Below are positions 55,871-64,000 of a stretch of 64,000 nt of DNA, piece after piece. Origin of the DNA: an uncultured Gemmatimonadaceae bacterium (GTDB taxonomy: Bacteria; Latescibacterota; UBA2968; UBA8231); contig CAYWBJ010000133.1 of assembly GCA_964456165.1 (NCBI GenBank), positions 23,764 through 87,763 on the forward strand, read 5' to 3'. Position 1 is the stretch's first letter. Every line of letters begins with the position of its first letter. The notes beneath the pieces were generated by a model. It was not told where the DNA came from and did no database searches. It saw only the letters and a program-made list of their open reading frames with translations. A program made the position numbers and the translations under genes.

Positions 55871-57217
55871 TCAGTGCCGCGTCTCCTCTTCGCTCACCGA
55901 CTTCTGTCCCCCCGCCACGACCAAAGCCGGCTCGATCGTCGGCGCCGCCTCGCCAGCGGCGGTCATCCGGCGCACCAGCCTCTCCTGCATGACCTCGACG
56001 ACACCACGGTGGGAATCGTAGCCTGCCAGGTTGTGCAGCTCGTACGGATCGGCCATCAGGTCGTAGAGGCAGTCCTCCCGGAAGGTCCAGGGATCTCCAG
56101 GCTCCGGTCCTTTCACTGTCCGCCGCACCGCGTACTTCCAGCGTCGCGTGCGGACGCAGCGGCTCAGCTCGGTCTCGTAGATCTCCGCGAAGACCTCTTC
56201 GGGCCAGTCGGCTGCCCTTCCCCGCGCCAGCGGCGCGAAGGAACGCCCCTGCATCGCGTCCGGCACCTCAATGCCGCAGGCGTCCAGCAGCGTCGGCGCC
56301 ACGTCCACCAGGCTGATCATCTCCTGCAACCGGCCGCCGCTGTCGAAGCCGGGGCCGCACGCCGCCATCGGCACCCGCATCGAGGCGTCGTGGCAGCTGC
56401 GTTTGTACTCTCCGTTGCGGGTCTTGAAGTGACACCCGTGGTCTGAGGTGAACAGCACGATCGTGTTTTCCAGCAGACGCAGGCTCCGCAGGGCGTCCAG
56501 CAGCCGGCCGAACGCCTCGTCCAGCCGCTTGATCATTCCGTAATACCCGGGCAGGTGGCGCGCCGAGGAGCCGCCCAGGGCCCGCAGGTCGGGCGGCACC
56601 CACGGGTCGAGGTAGCGCTCCTCGTAGCCGGTGGGCGCCGGGTAGTCGTCGCGGTGGTTCTGGAAGTGAGGTTCGATGTAGGAGGTGAACAGGAAGAACG
56701 GCCGGTCCTGGTTGTCGTCAACGAACCGGATGGCCGCGTCGGTCAGCGCATCGACCCGGTAGCCTGGCAGGTCTACCGGCTGATCGTCGTTGTCGTACAT
56801 CCGAGTCTGGTAGGCGTCGGAGGTAAACTCCAGCACGTTCGACCCGAGCCAGTAGTCGTAACCCCCGCGCCGCGCCGCCGGCACCGGCTCTTCGTGGCAA
56901 AGGTGCCACTTGCCGATGTAGCCGGTCTGATAGCCAGCATCGCGAAAATGGTGACCGATAGTGCGCGTCCCGACCGGCAGCTCGCCGCCGTTGTAATAAC
57001 ACCCCCACTGCGAGGCATAGCGCCCGGTCTGCATCACCACCCGCGCCGGCAGGCAGACCGGTTGCGGCGTGAAGGCGTTGAAGCAGTGGGTGCCCTCCAT
57101 GGCGACGCGGTCGAAGTTCGGCGTCAGGTCCATCCTGTTGCCGTGCATGCCGGTGCTGTCCCAGCGCTGCTGGTCGGTGAAGAAGACGATGACGTTGGGA
57201 GGGCGGTTGGTTCCCAT
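55871..57217 (-). CDS. sulfatase (Cys-type, formylglycine-dependent)
   Basis: PNVIVFFTDQQRWD and the C-x-P-x-R signature in QPVCLPARVVMQTGR. Confidence 0.9.
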   Translation of the reverse strand: MGTNRPPNVIVFFTDQQRWDSTGMHGNRMDLTPNFDRVAMEGTHCFNAFTPQPVCLPARVVMQTGRYASQWGCYYNGGELPVGTRTIGHHFRDAGYQTGYIGKWHLCHEEPVPAARRGGYDYWLGSNVLEFTSDAYQTRMYDNDDQPVDLPGYRVDALTDAAIRFVDDNQDRPFFLFTSYIEPHFQNHRDDYPAPTGYEERYLDPWVPPDLRALGGSSARHLPGYYGMIKRLDEAFGRLLDALRSLRLLENTIVLFTSDHGCHFKTRNGEYKRSCHDASMRVPMAACGPGFDSGGRLQEMISLVDVAPTLLDACGIEVPDAMQGRSFAPLARGRAADWPEEVFAEIYETELSRCVRTRRWKYAVRRTVKGPEPGDPWTFREDCLYDLMADPYELHNLAGYDSHRGVVEVMQERLVRRMTAAGEAAPTIEPALVVAGGQKSVSEEETRH

Positions 57218-57245
57218 AATCAGCTCCGTTGCAATACGCAGGTTG

Positions 57246-57275
57246 TTGCAAGAGCCAGGTGCGGAGCGATAAGAT
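57246..57275 (+). promoter_or_regulatory. sigma70-like promoter candidate TTGCAA-N18-TAAGAT
   Basis: -35 at 57246-57251 and -10 at 57270-57275, in the 130-nt divergent spacer. The -35 belongs to a duplicated GTTGCAA heptamer (57228-34 and 57245-51). Confidence 0.3.
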
Positions 57276-57347
57276 ATGGATTTGCCAGCACGACGGAATT
57301 TCGCGCAGCATATTGCTCACAGGGCACCAGCGAACAGGGAGCTGCAG

Positions 57348-58139
57348 ATGAAGACCGGAGTCACTCAAATCGTCCTCGGCGACATGTCGCTCGACGCCAC
57401 CCTCAAGCTCTGCCGCGACGCCGGCTACGAAGCCGTCGAACTCACCTTCGACCCGGGCAAGGACCTGAGCGTAGACCTGGCCGACGACGAGCTGGATGTC
57501 GTCAGGGACCAGTGCCAGCGCGCCGGCGTCGCCATTACCAGCGCCGTCGCCCGCTACGCTGACCGCGGCAACCTGCTCAGCCGCGACCCCGATCAGCGGG
57601 ACGCGGCCAAGGCCTGCCTGGAGCGCTCGCTATACGTCGCCGGCCGCCTGGAGGCCGGCGCCACCCTCCTGCATCCCGGGCAACTGGAGGCCGACGGTAC
57701 CTACGACCAGGCCTGGGACGATCTGCGCGACGTCCTGCGGTCGGTCGTACCGATGGCCGCCAGCTTCGAGGTCGCCATCGGCCTGGAAAACGTCTGGAAC
57801 AGATTTCTGCTCAGCCCGCGGGAAGCGGCGCAATTCGTCGACGAGGTGGGCAGCGAGTGGGCGGGGATCTATCTCGACACGGCCAACATGATGGCGTACG
57901 GCCACCCCGAGCACTGGATCCGCGCCCTCGGCTCCCGCATCGTGCGCGTCCACGTCAAGGACTTCCACCGTGCCGGCCACGCCTTCGTCGACCTCATGGA
58001 TGGCGACACCGACTGGTCGACGCTCATTGCCGAGCTGCGCGCCATTGGCTACCAGCACAGCCTGATCCACGAGGTCTCCGGCGACCGCGAGACGCAGATC
58101 CGCATGGGTGAGCGCATGCGGAGGATCGCGTCGCTGTGA
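57348..58139 (+). CDS. sugar phosphate isomerase/epimerase (xylose-isomerase-like TIM barrel)
   Basis: LLHPG, IGLENVWN, IYLDTANM and VHVKD motifs. Start at ATG 57348. Confidence 0.85.
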   Translation: MKTGVTQIVLGDMSLDATLKLCRDAGYEAVELTFDPGKDLSVDLADDELDVVRDQCQRAGVAITSAVARYADRGNLLSRDPDQRDAAKACLERSLYVAGRLEAGATLLHPGQLEADGTYDQAWDDLRDVLRSVVPMAASFEVAIGLENVWNRFLLSPREAAQFVDEVGSEWAGIYLDTANMMAYGHPEHWIRALGSRIVRVHVKDFHRAGHAFVDLMDGDTDWSTLIAELRAIGYQHSLIHEVSGDRETQIRMGERMRRIASL

Positions 58140-58191
58140 CGCAACTCGCCGCCCTAGCGCGGTCCTCGGCCAGGTCGATAAAGGAGAAACA

Positions 58192-58818
58192 TTGACCCAC
58201 ATCGCTTTCGCGAGCGGCTTCGATTCGCTCTCAGGTTTCCAGGAGGCCTTCCAACGTTACTTCGGCGCCAGCCCGACGGAAAGAGATGCCTCCACCCCGA
58301 TCCGAGTCGACCGCTTCGGCACCCCACTCGGGCCCATGCTCGTTGCCGCCACCGACACCCACCTCTGCCTCCTCGAGTTCGTCGACCGCCGCCTGCTGCC
58401 GAACCAGGTCAAACGCCTGCGCACGCACCTGAACGCAGCGTTCGTACCCGGCCGCAACGATCTGATCGCTCAGACCGAGCGGGAGATCGGCGAGTACTTC
58501 GAAGGAAAACGGCGCGACTTTGCGATTCCGCTCGTCGCACCCGGAACCGAATTCCAGAAAACCGTCTGGGAGGCGCTCACCCGGATACCCTACGGCGAGA
58601 CCATGAGCTACGGCGAGCTCGCAACCGCTATCGGACGCCCTGGTGCCGTCCGCGCAGTAGGCACCACCAACGGCCTCAACGCCCTGGCCATTGTCGTGCC
58701 GTGTCAGCGGGTCGTTGGCGCGGATGGCAAGCTCGTGGGCTACGGTGGTGGGCTGTGGAGGAAGGAGCGACTGCTGGAGCTGGAAGAGAGCGTGGTGTCC
58801 GGAAAGCCGGTGGAATAG
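58192..58818 (+). CDS. methylated-DNA-protein-cysteine methyltransferase-like protein with residual half AraC HTH (5'-truncated Ada-like)
   Basis: AAGGAG (58181-86) lies 5 nt before TTG 58192; the ORF track start is GTG 58108. The N-terminus THIAFASGFDSLSGFQEAFQRYFGASP is the last HTH of an AraC domain. The C-terminus has FQKTVWEAL, YGELA and the active site VVPCQRVV (canonical is PCHRV). Confidence 0.75.
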   Translation: MTHIAFASGFDSLSGFQEAFQRYFGASPTERDASTPIRVDRFGTPLGPMLVAATDTHLCLLEFVDRRLLPNQVKRLRTHLNAAFVPGRNDLIAQTEREIGEYFEGKRRDFAIPLVAPGTEFQKTVWEALTRIPYGETMSYGELATAIGRPGAVRAVGTTNGLNALAIVVPCQRVVGADGKLVGYGGGLWRKERLLELEESVVSGKPVE

Positions 58819-58842
58819 TCCCGGCGCGACGTCACCCCTCAG

Positions 58843-59838
58843 CTAAACGCCACCCACTGGTTCCCCTCTCCCTGACTCAGCCGCCCGGTATAGCGCCTCC
58901 AGCGCCGCGGTATTCCTCAACCCGTCTGCCGCCGGGAACTCCGGGCTTTTCCCCGTGAGCACGCACTCCGAGAACTCGTTGAGCTGGACGACGAAACGGC
59001 CTGGCGACGGCGTCGCCACCTCTTCGTCCTCGCGCTCGTCGCTGTAGCAGATCAGCACCGGCCCCTCGTCATCGAACATGTCCGGGATCTCGATGCGGCC
59101 CGTGCTGCCGTCGACCGACAGCGTGCAGCGCCGCGGCTGCTCCATGCTTGCCGTGCAGTTGGCAATGGCGCCGTCGGCGAACTGCATCATACCGCAGAAG
59201 GTGGTGTCGACGCCCCAGCCGCCCGAGTCGTGAGATACCGCATGTACCGTCACCGGCTCGGCGTCGAGGACATAGCGACAGGCATAGACCGCGTAGCACC
59301 CGGCATCCCACATGCCGCCGCCGACCAGCTCGGGCGAGAAGCGCACGTTGCCCTCCGGTTCGGCGATCGTGAAGCAGAGGCAGGAGTCGAGCGTGGCGAC
59401 CTTGCCTATCGCTCCTTCGGCGATGCGCTGACGCGCCAGACGCAGATGGCCGCTCCACCGATGGGTGAACGCCTCCACCAGCAGGACGCCGTTGGCGGCG
59501 GCCGCGTCGATCATGCGCCGGCACTCGGCCGCCGTCACCGCCAGCGGCTTCTCGCACAGGATGTGCTTGCCGGCCGCCGCCGCCTTGATCGTCCACTCGC
59601 AGTGCATCCCGTTGGGCAGCGAGTTGATTACCGCGTCCATCTCGGGATCGGCCAGCTGCTCCTCGTAGGAGCCGTACCAGCGGTCGATGTCGTGCTCTTC
59701 CGCTGCCGCCTTCGCCTTTGCCGACCCGCGTGAAGAGATCGAGACTACCTCCGAATTCTCCGACTTCCGCAGCGCGGGAAGATGAGCATTGATGCCGATC
59801 TGGGCGGTGGACAGCAGTCCGTAGCGAACTACACTCAT
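58843..59838 (-). CDS. Gfo/Idh/MocA family oxidoreductase
   Basis: VRYGLLSTAQIG and HILCEKPLA motifs. Confidence 0.9.
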   Translation of the reverse strand: MSVVRYGLLSTAQIGINAHLPALRKSENSEVVSISSRGSAKAKAAAEEHDIDRWYGSYEEQLADPEMDAVINSLPNGMHCEWTIKAAAAGKHILCEKPLAVTAAECRRMIDAAAANGVLLVEAFTHRWSGHLRLARQRIAEGAIGKVATLDSCLCFTIAEPEGNVRFSPELVGGGMWDAGCYAVYACRYVLDAEPVTVHAVSHDSGGWGVDTTFCGMMQFADGAIANCTASMEQPRRCTLSVDGSTGRIEIPDMFDDEGPVLICYSDEREDEEVATPSPGRFVVQLNEFSECVLTGKSPEFPAADGLRNTAALEALYRAAESGRGEPVGGV

Positions 59839-59922
59839 CGTGTCTCTCCTGTTGACCGTGCGGCAGGCTGCAGCATCTTAGCTCTTTCGGACGCTGGAAA
59901 CCCGTCGCTTTGAGGAGCCAAG

Positions 59923-61185
59923 ATGGCCATTAAGATCATGGATGTCGAGCGCATCACCGTTCACGTCCCCTTCACGCCCCGCGTCCACGTCTGGTGCGCC
60001 CGCGAGCAGTACCAGTGGGACATCAGCGAGGTCCTGCGCGTGACCACCGACGACCCCGACATCGTCGGCTGGGGCGAGACCATGCCCCACTACACCTGGG
60101 GCCGGGTCAGCGACGAGGCGATCGAGCGGGTGAAGGGCAAGCCGGCCGCCCAGTTCCTCGGGGACGACTCCGTCGGCGCCGGCCTGCAGATGGCCATCTA
60201 CGACCTGCTGGGCAAGGCCAACGGCGTCCCGGTCCACAAGCTCCTCAACCTTCCCAAAGTCCGCGACTGGTGCCCCATCTCCTGGTGGAACGTCGACATG
60301 CCACCGGCCGAATTCGCCGGCGAAGCGGCCGCGGCGGTCAAGCGAGGTTATACGTCGCACAAGATCAAGGGCCGGCCCTGGTGGGACATCTACGCCCAGG
60401 TGGAAGCGGTCCGCAACGCCGTGCCCGACTACTACCACCTCGACATCGACTGGAACCAGATGCTGACCAATGTCAGCAACGCAGTGCCGGTGCTGCAGCG
60501 CCTGGACACCTATCCGATCGTCAGCATCTACGAGTCACCGATCAAGCAGGGAGACGTGGAAGGCAATCTGCAGCTGCGCAAGAAGATCGCCCGGCCCATC
60601 GCCCACCATTTCGGCAACCCGCCGTTCCCCACGGTCGTCCGCGACGAAGTCTGCGACGGCTTCGTCATCGGCGGCGGCATTTCCAGTGTTTTGCAGGATG
60701 GCATCAAAGCGGCCGAGTTCGACAAGCCCTTCTTTCTGCAGATCGTCGGCACCGGAATCACCACCGCCCTGTCGGTGCAGTTAGGCGCGGTCCTCTCCCA
60801 CGCCCAGTGGCCGGCCGTCAACTGCATGAATCTCTACGAGCACGACCTGCTGGCCGAGTCGCTGACGATCCAGGGCGGCTACGTGCGCACCCCGGACGGC
60901 CCCGGACTCGGCATCGAGGTCGACGACGAGGCGCTGAGCAAGTACCGCATGGAGCCACCCTACGAGCACCCAGCCCAGCGCCTGCTGCTCGCCGTGGTCT
61001 GGCCGGACAACCACAAGCGGTACTACGCCAACATCGGTCAGGTCTGGCGGGACGCGCAGAACGGCAATATGCCGATCCACGAGGCCGGCTCACGGCTGGA
61101 GTACGTGGATAACGACGGTTCGTCCGACTGGGACGAGCTGCAGAAGCGGGCCGAGGAATCCGCGCCAGTGTTCTCGGGAGTCTGA
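59923..61185 (+). CDS. enolase-superfamily enzyme (mandelate racemase/muconate lactonizing family)
   Basis: MAIKIMDVERITVHVPF, GYTSHKIKG, HLDIDWN and IYESPI. Confidence 0.85.
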   Translation: MAIKIMDVERITVHVPFTPRVHVWCAREQYQWDISEVLRVTTDDPDIVGWGETMPHYTWGRVSDEAIERVKGKPAAQFLGDDSVGAGLQMAIYDLLGKANGVPVHKLLNLPKVRDWCPISWWNVDMPPAEFAGEAAAAVKRGYTSHKIKGRPWWDIYAQVEAVRNAVPDYYHLDIDWNQMLTNVSNAVPVLQRLDTYPIVSIYESPIKQGDVEGNLQLRKKIARPIAHHFGNPPFPTVVRDEVCDGFVIGGGISSVLQDGIKAAEFDKPFFLQIVGTGITTALSVQLGAVLSHAQWPAVNCMNLYEHDLLAESLTIQGGYVRTPDGPGLGIEVDDEALSKYRMEPPYEHPAQRLLLAVVWPDNHKRYYANIGQVWRDAQNGNMPIHEAGSRLEYVDNDGSSDWDELQKRAEESAPVFSGV

Positions 61186-61312
61186 CGACCGCCGCCCTTC
61201 CAGCCGCAATCCAGATCCCCGCGGGTCCCGGAACGCGCCGCAATGCCGGACGCAGCCGGAACCAGGAGTTCGCGCTGGGAACTGGAGGCACAGCAGGCCC
61301 TCCCTGAGTGTG

Positions 61313-62125
61313 CTACGCGGCCGGGATCAGGCTCTTCAGGTAGGCCACCGCATCGGCGGTGCTCTGCGGCCCCAGGTGCTCCGGCACGATTACACCCTCG
61401 TATCCCGCATCCAGCAGCGCCCTGACGCACCGCGCCATGTCCACATCGCCGCTCTCCAGAGGTACCTCCTTGTGATCCATCAGTGCGGGACCGTGGCGCA
61501 CCTGATTCCGTGCATGCGCGAAGTGGATCTTGTCCATCCCCCAGGTTTCCGCCGGCGTGTGGGGGTCCTCGTCGAACAGCTGCATCCCCTGGCAGTAGGT
61601 GACACCGTTGTTGGGGCTGGGCACGGCTTCCCAGATTTCGTGCACAACCTCGACCGCCCACAGATGACACCCTAGCGGCAGCCCCACTGCGTCGGCCGCG
61701 CCCACTACCGCCCGGTAGAAATCGATCACGGCCGACCACTCTTCGTCTCCCGGCATCACCATGAGCGGTCGTCCCTCGTGGAACTCGTGGAAGTGCAGCA
61801 GGGAGTCCATCGGGTAGAACAGGGTCGACTCGACGCCAGCACTGCCGGCTGCCCGGATCGTTTCGCAGAACCGGGTGGTTTCATCCGGGACCTTGCCGAG
61901 AACGGCTTCGGCGGACGGCCTTCCCAGGATTATCCCGGCAATGCCGATGCCGAGCGCGGCAAGCTCTTCCTGCACCTTGGTCAAATCGTCGACCGCCAGG
62001 TGGCCACCCTCCTGGAAACCCGGCACGGAGTCGGCCGACAGAAAGACCTCGTCTACGTCGGCCTCGCGGCACTGTTGAGCGAGTTGCTCGCCGCTGCTGT
62101 AGCCTGCGTGTATTCCTACTCTCAT
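61313..62125 (-). CDS. sugar phosphate isomerase/epimerase-like TIM-barrel protein
   Basis: 270 aa with a C-terminal FAHARN...GYEGVIVPEH pattern resembling xylose-isomerase-like/UxuA-like barrels. Confidence 0.75.
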   Translation of the reverse strand: MRVGIHAGYSSGEQLAQQCREADVDEVFLSADSVPGFQEGGHLAVDDLTKVQEELAALGIGIAGIILGRPSAEAVLGKVPDETTRFCETIRAAGSAGVESTLFYPMDSLLHFHEFHEGRPLMVMPGDEEWSAVIDFYRAVVGAADAVGLPLGCHLWAVEVVHEIWEAVPSPNNGVTYCQGMQLFDEDPHTPAETWGMDKIHFAHARNQVRHGPALMDHKEVPLESGDVDMARCVRALLDAGYEGVIVPEHLGPQSTADAVAYLKSLIPAA

Positions 62126-62390
62126 CTCGCCTCCACTGTCAGCTGGTCCGCGGGTGGCGGAACACCATGTCGTTGCGCTGCGCTGGAATCCTCGCCTGAT
62201 TAAAGCGGCGCTGAAGATGGCGCCTTCATGGCCTATTCCATCGTGCGGAGAAGAAAACTGAAAGCAGGCCGAGCCACCAACCGGGTCCCGGCGCGGGAGA
62301 CCGGTCTCTGCAGTCGACGTCGTGCGGGCATGTGCTCCCCACGCTCGACACGGTACCTACCAATGTACCCGCCCTCCCCGAGCCGCCGTC

Positions 62391-64000
62391 GTGTTTGACC
62401 GGTCGCTGCTGCCGCCGGCCCGGCTCGAATTCGTCGTCGTCGCCGACACCCACTACATGATCGACGTCGGCGCCGCGCCGCTGGAATTCGAGTCCCGGCG
62501 GGCTCAGGGCGCTCGGGCCGGCGCAGCGTGGAAGGCGATCGCGGCTATCGCCCCCGAGTTCGTCGTGCACATGGGCGACCTCGTCCAGGAGTTCCCCGGG
62601 CGCCCCGACTATGACCGCACGGTCGCCGAAGCCATGGCCCAGATCGATGACGCCGGGCTTGGCGACCGCTGCCACTTCGTCGCCGGCAACCACGACATCG
62701 GCGACAAACCAGACCCGACTATGCCGACGCGACCGGTAACCGCAGCCGAGCTTGAGTCATGGCAGGACCGGCACGGGCCTTCGTGGGGATCGTGGGAGAA
62801 GGCCGGGATCCGCTTTATTTCCCTCAACTCGCAGATCCTCAACACCGACCTGGCGGCCGCCGCCGCGCAGCGTTCCTGGTTCGAAACCTGCATCGAAGAC
62901 CTGGGCAACGAGCCCGGCGTGCTCTTCCTCCACCTGCCGCCCTACCTCCGCGATCCGCAGGAACCGCACCTGGGCCACTACGACAACATCGGCGAACCCG
63001 ACCGCAGCTGGCTGCTCGACCTGGTCCGCGGCCGCCGCTTAGTCGCGATGTTCGCGGCCCACGTGCACTTCCAGTTCTACGACCACCTCCCGGAGTCCGA
63101 CGAGACCTGCCGCTACCGCGTCACGCCCTCGCCCTCCTTCACCCGGCCCGGCTTCGGCCACCTGTTCACCGCTGCGGCGCCAGCCGAGCAGGGCCGAGAT
63201 GACGTCGGCAAGCTCGGCTTCTTCTACGGCCGCGTGCGGAAGGCGGACGGAAATGTCGACGTTTACCGCGTGCGGATGACGACGCTGCCGGATGGCGACG
63301 AGCAACTGCTCCTTACACCGCTTCCCGTACCCGGTGCTGAGTCGAGCGGATTCGGACTCGGATTGACGCTGAGACATCCGCTGGCACCCACCACAGAGGT
63401 GCCAGTCGCCTGGCCGTCGACCATCCGGCAGCCGGTGCGCAACGACTACCCGTTACTGTCCTGCCTGGATCTGGGCGCGCGCCGGGTGCGAGTGCCGCTG
63501 GCCGACCTGCAGGATCCTGTCCAGGGCCGGAGGCTGGAGTTGCTGCGCCGCGACGGCGTTCAGCTGCAGGCGATGGCCCTCGGCGAGGAAGAGGCCCTGC
63601 AGTGCCTCGATCGGTTCGGTGGAGCCGACTCCCTCGAGCTGCGGCTGCCCGGCTTTCTGGTGCCCGTCGGGGAAGCACTCCGCCGACTCGGCGCCGCGGA
63701 TCTACCGCTCGTATTGTGTCCCGTGCTTGCCAGCGAGCCCGTCGCCGGAAAACAACACAGGCGCGCGCGTGTGGGCTACCGGCCGCAGGAACTGGATGAG
63801 GTTGCGAGCGCTCTCGATTCGGCGGGCGCCGTAAGCGCGACCGCAGCCTGCCGCATCGACGGCAACGACCCGTGGAACGCAGTGACGAAGCTGATCAGAG
63901 TCCGCGGCGACCTGGATCTGCAGCTGCTCTGCGAGCTCCCAGGCGTGGACGATGCGGCCAACGTTGCCGCCGTGGCCCGGGCAGCCGTGGCCGCCGCCCT
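62391..64000 (+). CDS. metallophosphoesterase with long C-terminal extension, 3' end outside window
   Basis: Not in the ORF track because it is open-ended. My translation from GTG 62391 is stop-free to 64000. Calcineurin-like motifs are present: VVVADTH, HMGDLV, VAGNHD, LFLHLP and AAHVHF. More than 230 further residues of unknown type follow. Confidence 0.75.
   Translation, partial: MFDRSLLPPARLEFVVVADTHYMIDVGAAPLEFESRRAQGARAGAAWKAIAAIAPEFVVHMGDLVQEFPGRPDYDRTVAEAMAQIDDAGLGDRCHFVAGNHDIGDKPDPTMPTRPVTAAELESWQDRHGPSWGSWEKAGIRFISLNSQILNTDLAAAAAQRSWFETCIEDLGNEPGVLFLHLPPYLRDPQEPHLGHYDNIGEPDRSWLLDLVRGRRLVAMFAAHVHFQFYDHLPESDETCRYRVTPSPSFTRPGFGHLFTAAAPAEQGRDDVGKLGFFYGRVRKADGNVDVYRVRMTTLPDGDEQLLLTPLPVPGAESSGFGLGLTLRHPLAPTTEVPVAWPSTIRQPVRNDYPLLSCLDLGARRVRVPLADLQDPVQGRRLELLRRDGVQLQAMALGEEEALQCLDRFGGADSLELRLPGFLVPVGEALRRLGAADLPLVLCPVLASEPVAGKQHRRARVGYRPQELDEVASALDSAGAVSATAACRIDGNDPWNAVTKLIRVRGDLDLQLLCELPGVDDAANVAAVARAAVAAA

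Noticed and set aside
1-64000. Scan for CRISPR arrays, IS elements/transposases, integrases, phage or defence-system genes (nucleases, helicases, ATPases, toxin-antitoxin pairs), rRNA and tRNA
   Set aside because: I could find none by eye. The only ATPase-like sequence is the 53-codon Walker A stub. A computational repeat, tRNA and HMM scan is still needed to be sure.

Overview
This is a GC-rich (roughly two-thirds G+C by eye) bacterial chromosomal segment with about 55 tightly packed protein-coding genes. I found no rRNA, tRNA, CRISPR array, transposase, integrase or phage gene. All calls come from reading the ORF translations and recalling family motifs; nothing was searched or computed.

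**Content.** The window is almost entirely paralog-rich catabolic enzymes:
- 7 Fe(II)/2-oxoglutarate dioxygenases (5 PhyH-type, 2 TauD-type)
- 5 Gfo/Idh/MocA oxidoreductases
- 2 Cys-type sulfatases plus one sulfatase remnant
- 2 enolase-superfamily enzymes and 2 HpcH/HpaI aldolases
- 2 xylose-isomerase-like TIM barrels and a UxuA-like dehydratase
- several glycoside-hydrolase-like proteins, an amidase, a creatininase-like enzyme, a ceramidase-like enzyme and pgi

I recognised no intact transcription factor. Transport is limited to an orphan lipoprotein TRAP binding protein and one DMT permease.

**Secretion.** Two large secreted proteins end in T9SS/FlgD-Ig-type C-terminal domains. One is a PorU-like peptidase C25 homolog. 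This suggests an FCB-superphylum-like diderm, but that is inference only.

**Most interesting observations:**
1. One PhyH paralog (38488-39303) has H-x-G where its four neighbours have H-x-D. That is the signature separating Fe/2OG halogenases from hydroxylases.
2. The PorU/C25-like protein has Ser at the position of the catalytic Cys.
3. A six-gene minus-strand operon (19037 to 11982) combines creatininase-like, ceramidase-like and glycosidase-like genes with two family-less ORFs.
4. A LamG jelly-roll is split by a 7-bladed propeller insertion.
5. Four gene remnants (MFS, P-loop, sulfatase, Ada/MGMT with PCQRV active site) occur without any mobile element.

Start codons are often uncertain, and long antisense ORFs typical of high GC were rejected.
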